64,000 nucleotides of DNA from an uncultured Ignavibacteriales bacterium (GTDB taxonomy: Bacteria > Zixibacteria > MSB-5A5 > GN15 > FEB-12): assembly GCA_964464605.1 (NCBI GenBank), contig CAYXJN010000005.1, positions 186,001 through 250,000 on the forward strand. The letters are read 5' to 3'. Position 1 is the first letter of the stretch, and each line of letters begins with the position of its first letter. This document shows, in pieces, positions 1-9,264 of this stretch. The notes under the pieces are model-generated. The model had not been told where the DNA came from. It saw nothing but the letters and a program-made list of their open reading frames with translations, and ran no database searches. The position numbers and the translations under genes are program-made.

Positions 1-1
1 T

Positions 2-2485
2 GCTTCAGAAAGTTTTGCGTATACCGCCCGTGTTTATGATCCCTCGTTAGGAAAGCAGAATCTTTTCTTACTCGGTTTCGGTGAGCTGACATTCAACAGC
101 TTCTCTATCAAGGGAAGCCGTTCCGCCTTTGAACAAGGCAATACACTGTACTCAAATGAAATCGGTGGTACTACGTACGCGAACTATCGGGCTTCGATGT
201 TCGCCAACGGTAATGTTACGCCGAAGCTTTTCTTGAATGGTTCGGCGGTTGTTGATTCCCGAATCGATGATGAATACCGCACCGCGGATCCATCATTGTT
301 CCGTTTGCGGATGTCGTTAAACAGCACCGAACCGATTTGGGATGGCTGGCGCTTTACGGCGTATGGCACATATGATCCGAATCGTCAATGGGAGCTTGGC
401 AATCTCGACAGCCGTTTGTTAACCCAGCCGCAGAAACCGCTGCAGACAGAATTGTATGCGCGCTTGCAGTCGGAAAAGAATGGGTATGTCGAGGCTGGTT
501 CGCTTCACCCATCGTTCAGACAATCACAGTTTACGCTAAAAAACCGCGCCGTCTTTGGCGCTTTTGCTGATCTCAATACTGAACTGGTTGGTGTTGAGGC
601 AGTCGCCGGTAAACTGGAAGGGAAGCGGTTCCGCGAAGGTTCCGCGATCGGTATTCCCGCCGATGGTACCGCCGGACAGTATATGCTTTCCATTGTTCCG
701 GTTGTGCGCGGTAGTGAATCGGTCAAAATCGAAACCCGTGACCGGTTCAGTACCTCGACAGTTTTAGAAACGAAAATTCTTAAGCGGGATGTCGATTACT
801 CAATCGATTACGAACGGGGACGGATTATTCTGAATGAACCGGTACCCTCTTCTACACTCAGCGATGATCCCAACTTTATCGTGATTACCTACGGTTTTGA
901 GCGTGAGCAGAATGATGACATCCTCGGCGCTCGCGGTCGGGTAATGCCGACTGAGACAAGCCAGTTCGGCGCGACGCTGTTGCATCGCAATGTCGATGAC
1001 GGCGCAGCTTCACCGATTCTCGATCCGGATAATATTTTTGCGGCTGACGGTTCGTTCCGGACAGTCAACGGCCGTTTGAGCGGTTCCGGTGAAATAGCAG
1101 GATCTGAAATAGAAGCGACTGACAATACTCCCTCCGCCGTACGCGCTGATCTGACGGGCAAACCGACTGATGAGCTTACGCTGCGTGGAAATTTCTCACG
1201 CCTCGAAGATGATTTTCGTGCTTTCAATAACGGCGATTTGAATCCGATCAAGAATCAGCAGCGTCTCGATTTAGACGGCGATTATACGCTCGGCGCACGG
1301 CAGAATCTCAATGCCGGATTCAGTAATTATCGCGGACTTGAAGAAAACGGCGCGAACAATAGTTATCCGGGTCTGCGAAATGAAAATGTCTACCGCGCCG
1401 GATATCGCAATCGGTTCAATACCGGATTCAATTTGGGTGCGCGGCTCGAAGAACGCAAAGTATTCGACCGTTCCGATAACGACACCGAAGATAACGAGCA
1501 GTTCCGCGCGATTCTTGATTTAGATGGCTCCCGTGAACGGCTTGGATTCCTCGGCCGCTTCGGATATCAGTTCCATTACGAGTTTATCAATTTCTCTGAC
1601 CTTCTCAATGACGAGACGGATGAAAAATACGACAGCCGCACCAATCAAGCCGGTTTAAGCCTTGCTTCGACGCCGTGGAAGAGTACGACTGTTTCACTCG
1701 TACACAAATTATTACTGCGGGAAAACCGCGAACAAACTGCGTTTGATACCTACGACAATAGAGAAGATGAAACGTTCGGTTCAATTTTATTCAGACCGAA
1801 CAGTTTATTCTCCAGCGTTCTGACAGCACAGTACAAGCAGTGGACCGTTCCCGGTTCGAAAGTAGGTTTGTGGGAAGGGAATCCGTACCGCATTGAGCGA
1901 GTCGGAACATTGGCTGCCGAGTATTATCCCGAACGCTACGTCAAGCTTTGGGCTAAATTCGGTCATTATCAGCTTGAACAGTTGGCCATCGATAATAAAG
2001 GTGAATACACCAAGGATTATATTCAGGGGCAGGCGACCTGGTTTGCCACGCACCATCTTTCCGTAACTGCTGAAACTGAACTCTTTATCGTGCAGAATCG
2101 TCCGATGACCGCCAACGATGGTCGCACATGGGATCTGGGCGGCCGTCTGAATTGGAACCGTGACCGCTTTACGGAATTTACCGTCGGTGGTATTCGTCGC
2201 CTGGAAAAACTGAACGGTCAGGAAGGGGTGACCTATATCGTACTCGCCAGCGCGGCGGTGCGAATCTGGCGCGGATGGTTCGCCAGCGGCTCGATCAAAG
2301 AATTACTGCTTGATACCCCGATCAATGACGAGAAAAATTTCGAACGTCTTGAACTCGGCTATGAAAATCCGAAATGGTTCCGTGTTTCTGTCGGTTATGA
2401 ACGAATCGAAAGTGATCCGGAACCGCGCCCCGAAGATTATTACCGCGCACACGGACCGTTCATCAAACTGGTAGGGAAGATCTAA
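2..2485 (+). CDS. Outer-membrane beta-barrel-like protein (5' end outside window), probable partner of the downstream DUF11/OmpA protein
   Basis: Frame is open from base 2 (ASESFAYTARVYDP...), upstream of the track's Met at 197. Alternating aromatic/hydrophobic strands; GSESVKIETRDR...LKRDVDYSIDYERGRI motif; TAATG stop/start overlap with the next gene. Confidence 0.65.
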   Translation, partial: ASESFAYTARVYDPSLGKQNLFLLGFGELTFNSFSIKGSRSAFEQGNTLYSNEIGGTTYANYRASMFANGNVTPKLFLNGSAVVDSRIDDEYRTADPSLFRLRMSLNSTEPIWDGWRFTAYGTYDPNRQWELGNLDSRLLTQPQKPLQTELYARLQSEKNGYVEAGSLHPSFRQSQFTLKNRAVFGAFADLNTELVGVEAVAGKLEGKRFREGSAIGIPADGTAGQYMLSIVPVVRGSESVKIETRDRFSTSTVLETKILKRDVDYSIDYERGRIILNEPVPSSTLSDDPNFIVITYGFEREQNDDILGARGRVMPTETSQFGATLLHRNVDDGAASPILDPDNIFAADGSFRTVNGRLSGSGEIAGSEIEATDNTPSAVRADLTGKPTDELTLRGNFSRLEDDFRAFNNGDLNPIKNQQRLDLDGDYTLGARQNLNAGFSNYRGLEENGANNSYPGLRNENVYRAGYRNRFNTGFNLGARLEERKVFDRSDNDTEDNEQFRAILDLDGSRERLGFLGRFGYQFHYEFINFSDLLNDETDEKYDSRTNQAGLSLASTPWKSTTVSLVHKLLLRENREQTAFDTYDNREDETFGSILFRPNSLFSSVLTAQYKQWTVPGSKVGLWEGNPYRIERVGTLAAEYYPERYVKLWAKFGHYQLEQLAIDNKGEYTKDYIQGQATWFATHHLSVTAETELFIVQNRPMTANDGRTWDLGGRLNWNRDRFTEFTVGGIRRLEKLNGQEGVTYIVLASAAVRIWRGWFASGSIKELLLDTPINDEKNFERLELGYENPKWFRVSVGYERIESDPEPRPEDYYRAHGPFIKLVGKI

Positions 2486-5400
2486 TGAAACAGCAATCGA
2501 TCTTCTCCCGCATTCCCGCGATGTTCAGCGCTTTCGCACTGCTGTTTGCGGTGGCGTATCTGTTCATGCCGGTTACCTCTGTTGCCGGTGATGAAGTTCG
2601 CTTGTCTGATTACGCACAGGGCGGCGGTGGTCATGATGGTGGTCATACCTATCAGCCGATTATTCTGACTAAATCAGCTGATGTCGATACTATCTGCGCC
2701 GGTGATACGATTACCTACAAAATTCGCCTCCGTAATGCCTGCAATCAGACTATTTGCGATATCAAAGTTGTCGATGATCTCCCGCGCGGCGTTTCCTATA
2801 TCCCGGGAAGCGCGACCAACGGCGGGCAGTACAATTCCTACTCACGCACCCTTCGCTGGAAAATAGATAAAATCAAACCGGGTAAATATGTCGACCTGTA
2901 TTTCAAGGTTGTTTCTTCCCGCGACTACCAGTGCCCATCGATTATTATCAATAAAGCCTGTATCGATGACAGTCGTCACTGTGTGTGCGACTATGCCAAG
3001 GTAATCGTTATTCCGTGCGAAATTCCGGAAGCGCACATTGAATTAGACAAATCAGTTTCTACTGACAGCGCGACTGTCGGAGATACATTAGTATACACTA
3101 TTAATGTCGCCAACACCGGTGACGCCGTCGCTGATTCGGTAGTCGTGGTCGACATGATTCCTGCCTTCACGCAGTATCTTATCGGTTCCGCTACCGGAAA
3201 TGCTTCCTACAACGAAACACTCCGACAGCTTTCCTGGTTGATAACCGATCTTGCGCCGGGCGCGGAAACGAATGTTTCCTTCGCGGTTGTTGTAGATTCG
3301 ACTGCCACGATCGGAAGCGGCGTGGTGAACGTCGCGCACCTGGTCGTTCCGGATACCGGAACCTCCGACACGACTATTACGGTCGTCGTTCCGAAGAAAG
3401 ATCTCTCGATCGTTATGAGTGTAGACTCGACGGTCGCTTCTCCGGGTTCACCGCTTATCTATACGATGACTGTTACCAATAATTCCTCATCGACGCTTTC
3501 GATTACCAACCTGTTGGTAGTTGCGCCGATTCCGCTTTCGACCGGTTACATTGTCGGCAGCGCATCCGATGCCGGTATCTTCAACGTCGATTCCAACCGC
3601 GTTGAGTGGATAATCCCGTCCCTTGATTCCGGCCAGAGTATCGATCTCAGTTTCGGTGTCATCATCGACAGCGCAACGGCGATTGGTACGGAAATTATCG
3701 GCAACTCACACATTCTTACGCCGATTTTAGTCATCAGTAACGATGTTGTTACACTCGTGCAGGCGCCGGTGATTGATGAATCTTCCATCCGTATTCAAAA
3801 ATCAGTCGATAGAACAACAGCCCGCAGTCGTGACACACTGACCTATACGATAACGGTGTTCAATATCGATTCAGTAGCGGTTGATAACATCATCGTCGCT
3901 GATACGATATCGGAAGCAGTGGAGTATCTTGAAGGTTCAGCAACGCCGACCACTCCGTACAATCCTGCTGCTCGTACGCTGACCTGGAACTTGGCAACAT
4001 TGCCCGGTTATGACACCGCTATGTTCTCATTCCGCGTCGTTGTCGACAGCGGTTTACCGTCCGGTACGCAGCTTTCCAACGCGGCCTATGTTCTGTCGCC
4101 CGATACGATCCCGACTGACACAATTATTACGACTATCGTTCCGAAGGCGATTCTGAACATCGACAAATCAGTCGATCCGGTTCAGGCAACCGTCGATGAC
4201 ACCTTGACCTACACGATTACCGTTACCAACAGCGGCGATACCGCTGCCTTTGGTGTAACGATTGTCGATACTCTTCCGAATGCGACAACACTGGTTGATG
4301 GTTCAATCACTAACGGCGGCGTATACAACGAACTGACACAGGAAATTACCTGGCAGATTGCCCAGCTGAATGTCGGCAGTATTTTCGAGCTAACTTTCGC
4401 TGCCGCTATTGACAGCGGCACGCCGAGCGGCACCCAAATTCAAAATATCGCCTACCTTGTTTCGCCGGATACATCCACGACCGACACGACTATTACAACC
4501 GTTATTCCAAAGGCGAAGCTGAGTATCGATAAATCAGTCGACCCGACTCAGGCGATTGCTGGAGATACTCTTTCATACACTGTTACTGTTCGCAACACCG
4601 GTGATACCGCCGCGTTCGGCATATTGATTGTTGATACACTTCCGAATGCTACCACATTGGTGGAAGGCTCGATTACCAATGGCGGTGTGTATGATGCTCC
4701 GGCTCGCTTGATCAGTTGGAGTATTCCGACTCTCGGAGTTGGTGATTCATTACAGCTACTCTTCGACGCAACCGTCGACAGTCTGACTCCGGTCGGCACG
4801 TTGATTAGTAACGTTGCATACTTGGTAACGCCGGATACCAGCCATACTGATACTGTTATTACTGAAATTGTGCCGGATACGAGCAAGCACGCTATCCTTT
4901 CGATTGATAAAGCCGTCGATCCGACCCAGGCAACCGAAGGAGATACGCTTAACTACACGGTTACTATTCGTAACACTGGCGACACTGCCGCGTTCGGTCT
5001 GTTGATTATCGATACCCTTCCCAATGCTACCACACTCATAGACGGTTCAATTACCAACGGTGGTGTGTATGATGCCCCGACCCGTTTAATCAGCTGGAAT
5101 ATCCCAACGCTTGGCGCCGGTGATTCATTGCAATTACTGTTCGCCGCCACTGTCGACAGCCTGACACCGGTCGGAACGTTGATTGCCAATGTTGCCTATC
5201 TGTTGACTCCGGATACGAGCCATACCGATACCGTTATTACTGAAATTGTTCCGGATACGAGCAAGCACGCTATCCTTGCGATTGATAAATCAGTCGATCC
5301 GACCCAGGCCTCTACCGGTGACACACTCAGCTACACGATTTCTGTCAGTAATACCGGCGATACGGCGGCGTTCGGCGTGGTCGTGGTCGATACGGTTCCG

Positions 5401-8400
5401 CAGTCAACGCAGTTGATTACGGAAAGCATCACAGCCGGTGGTATTTTCAATCCGCTCTCACAGGAAATTAGCTGGACCATCCCGGTGGTTGGCATCGGCG
5501 CGACTGCCCCGCTGTCATTCGACGTGATTGTCGATCCGCTGATAGGAGACACCGGTCACATTTTCAACATCGCCTACATCGTCGTGCCGGATACGATTCC
5601 GACCGACACGACCATTACCACGATTGTTCCCGATACTGTCGGTCTGAATTTAGTGATTACGATGGCAGTGGATTCATCGCTCGCTTCTCCGAATTCGATT
5701 CTGACTTACACGGTAACGATTACGAATAACTCGGCTAATCAGCTGGTGGCAAAAAATATCTCTACAGTCATTCCGATTCCGGAATTGACAGCCTTCGTGC
5801 CGGGAAGTATCACCGGTGGCGGTCTGTTTGATGTCGAACTCAATCGGATAACCTGGCTTATTGACTCGCTAACGGTTGCGCTTGCTTCGGCAAGCTCCGC
5901 GCAGCTTACTTTCCAGGCGAATATCGCGCCGACTGCTATCGACGGTGACTCGATTATCGCCAACGCGACCATTCAATCACCGCAGCAGCGCACCAGTAAC
6001 AATGCTATCACGGTTGTTGGCATGAAAACCGTTTCGCCAGATGATTTCGCGATTGTCAAATCAGTTGACCGAACCCTTGCTTCCCCCGGTGACACATTGC
6101 ATTACCTGATAACGGTTGCCAATGTTTCTGACTCGACTATCGAAGATGTCGTGGTCGTTGACCAGATTCCTGCCGGAGCCGCGTATGTCGTCGGTTCTGC
6201 TACCAACGGAGGTACCTTCAGCGCCGGTAACAACTCGATTACCTGGGCTATCGGCACCTTGTTGCCGGGTGCAGTCGATACAGTCGCCTTCGCTGCCCGT
6301 ATTAATACCAATACGCTTACCGGGACAGTGGTCAGCAATCAGGCCTTTATCACAGAGCCGGTGTTAGTGCCGAGTAACATTACCAACACGACCGTCGCTG
6401 TTGGTGGTGAGTTTGTTATCTCGAAGGCAGCCGATCGCGCCGAAGTTACACCGGGCGATACCGTTACGTATACGATTTCATATCTCAACCAGGGTCCAGT
6501 GGTTCGCACCAATGTTGTCATAACCGATACATTGGCCGCATCGTTACAATATGTCTCTTCGACCAATGGCGGTGTCTATAACACGTTGCTTCGCTCGATT
6601 ACCTGGGCTATCGGCAACTTAGGTGCTGACGCCGCCGGTTCAGTACAGTTCCGCGCGATTGTCGGTAACGTGGCCAACGGAACACAGATCAGCAACGTTG
6701 CCTTAATCAACGGCACCAACCTGCCGCTGGATACAACTGCTCCGAGCATTATCACCGTTCGCTTCCCTGAATTGGAACTCACCAAGAGCGCCAATCCGGA
6801 AGTGGCTGCTCCGGGTGATACCGTTCTCTATCAGATCATTGCTCGCAACACCGGTTTGGGTGTGTTGAACTCCGCCTTTATCGATGACAATTTGCCGGAT
6901 GGATTCACCTATGTCGCAAATTCAGCCCGTCGTGATACGACCGCTGTTCCGGTTACCGGAACCGATCCGATTCGACTCACGATCGGCAACCTTGCACCGT
7001 CAGATACAGCAATTGTTACCTATCAAGTTGCTATTAGCACCTCAATAACAAGCGGCGCGGATTACACTAACTCAGCTATTCTGCGCGGTCTCAATATCTC
7101 CGGTGATACGGTAACTGTCGGTCCCGCTACCGCAAATGTCGCGGTCGGTGTGCCGAATCTGCGCGTCACCAAAACGACCAATACCAATTCAGCCCGCGTC
7201 GGTTCACTGGTACTCTACACCGTGACGGTTGAAAACAACTCCGACTTCCCGGCTGAAAATGTAACCGTGTTCGATCGTCTGCCGAATGGATTACTCTATG
7301 TCGAGGGCAGCAGTGTGCTGAACGGGGATAAGATTGCAGACCCGACTACAGGTAACCCGATTCAGTGGGTGCTCGGTACGCTTGAAGGAAATGAACAGTT
7401 TATATTGAACTATACGGTCGTTATCGGCCCCTCTGCCGGAACCGGCCGCACCAAGAACGTTGCCTGGGTTGAAACCGAAATCGGTAATACTCCGGAAAGA
7501 ACGAATGAGTCCGGCGTTGAAATTTTTGTTACCAGTGATCAGTTCCACGGATCAATTCGCGGTCGAGTGGTTGTCGATTGCGATGGTGACGGTGTTGCCG
7601 ATGTCGACACAGTCCCGGTCGGTGCGCGTATTTACCTCGATGACGGTCAGGTTTCGCAGGTCAATAAGGCCGGTATGTTCTACTTCAGCACCGTTCGTGC
7701 CGTTGACCATGTCGTTGCGCTCGATGAACGCAGCATGGTTGGGTTCCATACAGCGGAAGGTGAACAAGCTTCGGTCTTTGTCAAAGTTCACGAAATGGGT
7801 GAATCATATATTCTGTTCCGTGTCTGTCTGGATGGCCCGAATGTGTCACTCAAGAAGAAGGCAGCTGTCGTTCCGCAGGCAGAAATCCAAAAGACTGCCC
7901 GTATCAACCATGAACGGATTACCGATTCAGCCGGCGTGGTTATCGACTATGATCTGGCACTCGTTACAACCGGCGGCGCTGTCCCGACTCGCTTGCGTGT
8001 TGTCGATACTCTGCCGAAAGATACGCGCGCTATTCTGCGTGATTCCGCAGATGGCGTCAAATTAGAAAACGGCGTGCTGACATATGAAACATCGGTTGCC
8101 AATGACGCGGTTTCGAAATCAGTCTACTACTCACTTGAAGATTTAGCGCCCGGTTCACGCCGTACGCTGACAAATAATGCGCATGTCGAAGCGGATACCG
8201 ATCCTTCGGCAGCCGAATTCGCTCCTGACTTTGCATCACCTGCCGTGACGGTCTCGGTTGGGCCGTTCGGTATGACGCCGCCGCGTGATATTCAAATCAA
8301 CGTTGTCGGCGCTCAGTTTGAAACATCGAAGGCAAATCTGAAACCGGAAGCGGAAGCGGTGCTTCGCGCCATTGCCGATTCGATTCTGAAATATTCGGAT

Positions 8401-9105
8401 GCGCATGTTGTTATCGAAGGACACGCCGATATCCGCCCGATTCATACCAAAGAATTCCCGTCCAACTGGGAGCTTTCCACCGCCCGCGCAAAATCGGTCC
8501 GTGACTGGTTTGCCCGCAATGCCGATGTCGATACCGCGCGTATGAGCTACGAAGGTTTCGCGGCGACTCGCCCGGTGGATGCGCGCAGAAATCTGACTGC
8601 TTACGCTAAAAACCGCCGCGTCGAAGTATTCCTGAAAGCGAATATCGGTTCCCGGATCGATTTAACCGCCGTGAAAGATACTGTCTGGCGCTCCTCGGTT
8701 CCGCTCAGCTTGCAGCCGTCCGAATGGAGTGAAACGGAAATTCCGACTTCGGCACGTCCGGAAGGAATCTCCCGTTCGGTTTGGATGATTCAGATTACGA
8801 TCACGAATAATGGTCCCGGTATCGCAGAAGGATTACAATTGCTTGATACTCTCCCGACCGGTGTAACCCTTATGCCCGGCAGCGTGACCTTAGATGGAAT
8901 GGTGATTTCAGATGTACAGGTAATTGGCAAGCTCTTGTCTCTCTCTGTCGGTTCACTTGAAGAGGGAGAATCGACGGAATTGCGCTATGAAATCACGGCT
9001 ACTGCGGTTGAATCGATTGCCGGTGGCGGCTCCGCAACTATCCAACTGCGTGACAAGAGCCAGACTATCAAAACCTCGGTTTCCAACCCGGTACGGATCA
9101 AATAA
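2485..9105 (+). CDS. Giant secreted DUF11 (Ig-like) repeat protein with SdrD-B-like segment and OmpA/MotB-like peptidoglycan-binding domain
   Basis: Signal peptide; about 13-15 repeats of LxIxKSVD...GDTLTYTIxVxNxG...DTLP; DCDGDG segment; FETSKANL...IEGHADIRPI...SNWELSTARA...NRRVEV (about 8290-8640). Confidence 0.88.
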   Translation: MKQQSIFSRIPAMFSAFALLFAVAYLFMPVTSVAGDEVRLSDYAQGGGGHDGGHTYQPIILTKSADVDTICAGDTITYKIRLRNACNQTICDIKVVDDLPRGVSYIPGSATNGGQYNSYSRTLRWKIDKIKPGKYVDLYFKVVSSRDYQCPSIIINKACIDDSRHCVCDYAKVIVIPCEIPEAHIELDKSVSTDSATVGDTLVYTINVANTGDAVADSVVVVDMIPAFTQYLIGSATGNASYNETLRQLSWLITDLAPGAETNVSFAVVVDSTATIGSGVVNVAHLVVPDTGTSDTTITVVVPKKDLSIVMSVDSTVASPGSPLIYTMTVTNNSSSTLSITNLLVVAPIPLSTGYIVGSASDAGIFNVDSNRVEWIIPSLDSGQSIDLSFGVIIDSATAIGTEIIGNSHILTPILVISNDVVTLVQAPVIDESSIRIQKSVDRTTARSRDTLTYTITVFNIDSVAVDNIIVADTISEAVEYLEGSATPTTPYNPAARTLTWNLATLPGYDTAMFSFRVVVDSGLPSGTQLSNAAYVLSPDTIPTDTIITTIVPKAILNIDKSVDPVQATVDDTLTYTITVTNSGDTAAFGVTIVDTLPNATTLVDGSITNGGVYNELTQEITWQIAQLNVGSIFELTFAAAIDSGTPSGTQIQNIAYLVSPDTSTTDTTITTVIPKAKLSIDKSVDPTQAIAGDTLSYTVTVRNTGDTAAFGILIVDTLPNATTLVEGSITNGGVYDAPARLISWSIPTLGVGDSLQLLFDATVDSLTPVGTLISNVAYLVTPDTSHTDTVITEIVPDTSKHAILSIDKAVDPTQATEGDTLNYTVTIRNTGDTAAFGLLIIDTLPNATTLIDGSITNGGVYDAPTRLISWNIPTLGAGDSLQLLFAATVDSLTPVGTLIANVAYLLTPDTSHTDTVITEIVPDTSKHAILAIDKSVDPTQASTGDTLSYTISVSNTGDTAAFGVVVVDTVPQSTQLITESITAGGIFNPLSQEISWTIPVVGIGATAPLSFDVIVDPLIGDTGHIFNIAYIVVPDTIPTDTTITTIVPDTVGLNLVITMAVDSSLASPNSILTYTVTITNNSANQLVAKNISTVIPIPELTAFVPGSITGGGLFDVELNRITWLIDSLTVALASASSAQLTFQANIAPTAIDGDSIIANATIQSPQQRTSNNAITVVGMKTVSPDDFAIVKSVDRTLASPGDTLHYLITVANVSDSTIEDVVVVDQIPAGAAYVVGSATNGGTFSAGNNSITWAIGTLLPGAVDTVAFAARINTNTLTGTVVSNQAFITEPVLVPSNITNTTVAVGGEFVISKAADRAEVTPGDTVTYTISYLNQGPVVRTNVVITDTLAASLQYVSSTNGGVYNTLLRSITWAIGNLGADAAGSVQFRAIVGNVANGTQISNVALINGTNLPLDTTAPSIITVRFPELELTKSANPEVAAPGDTVLYQIIARNTGLGVLNSAFIDDNLPDGFTYVANSARRDTTAVPVTGTDPIRLTIGNLAPSDTAIVTYQVAISTSITSGADYTNSAILRGLNISGDTVTVGPATANVAVGVPNLRVTKTTNTNSARVGSLVLYTVTVENNSDFPAENVTVFDRLPNGLLYVEGSSVLNGDKIADPTTGNPIQWVLGTLEGNEQFILNYTVVIGPSAGTGRTKNVAWVETEIGNTPERTNESGVEIFVTSDQFHGSIRGRVVVDCDGDGVADVDTVPVGARIYLDDGQVSQVNKAGMFYFSTVRAVDHVVALDERSMVGFHTAEGEQASVFVKVHEMGESYILFRVCLDGPNVSLKKKAAVVPQAEIQKTARINHERITDSAGVVIDYDLALVTTGGAVPTRLRVVDTLPKDTRAILRDSADGVKLENGVLTYETSVANDAVSKSVYYSLEDLAPGSRRTLTNNAHVEADTDPSAAEFAPDFASPAVTVSVGPFGMTPPRDIQINVVGAQFETSKANLKPEAEAVLRAIADSILKYSDAHVVIEGHADIRPIHTKEFPSNWELSTARAKSVRDWFARNADVDTARMSYEGFAATRPVDARRNLTAYAKNRRVEVFLKANIGSRIDLTAVKDTVWRSSVPLSLQPSEWSETEIPTSARPEGISRSVWMIQITITNNGPGIAEGLQLLDTLPTGVTLMPGSVTLDGMVISDVQVIGKLLSLSVGSLEEGESTELRYEITATAVESIAGGGSATIQLRDKSQTIKTSVSNPVRIK
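4510..5320 (+). repeat. Near-identical 378-bp tandem duplication of DUF11 repeat units
   Basis: actgaaattgt(g/t)ccggatacgagcaagcacgctatcctt starts at 4861 and 5239 (period 378 nt = 126 aa); flanking sequence is also highly similar. Confidence 0.85.
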
Positions 9106-9115
9106 TTAGCCAACA

Positions 9116-9160
9116 AAAGCCGACTGTTCAAAATCTGAACAGCTTCAGCTTTCTTTTCTT
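9116..9160 (+). terminator. Probable intrinsic terminator after the DUF11/OmpA gene
   Basis: ctgttca-aaatc-tgaacag hairpin followed by a pyrimidine/T-rich tract. Confidence 0.45.
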
Positions 9161-9185
9161 AACTTCCTGCCTGCGTTTCCGATAA
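9159..9185 (+). promoter_or_regulatory. Sigma28 (FliA)-type promoter of the MCP gene
   Basis: TTAA-N15-TCCGATAA vs consensus TAAA-N15-GCCGATAA, 80 nt upstream of a chemoreceptor gene. Confidence 0.6.
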
Positions 9186-9264
9186 CAACACCAAGAGTAT
9201 TAGTGAGTTACTACGTCCGGAAATGACTGCATTTCCGGCAGTGTACCAATAGGGGATTCTGTTT

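Noticed and set aside
2650..7500. Repeats as a CRISPR array or non-coding repeat
   Set aside because: They are in-frame ~126-aa protein domain repeats, not short repeats with unique spacers; no cas genes.
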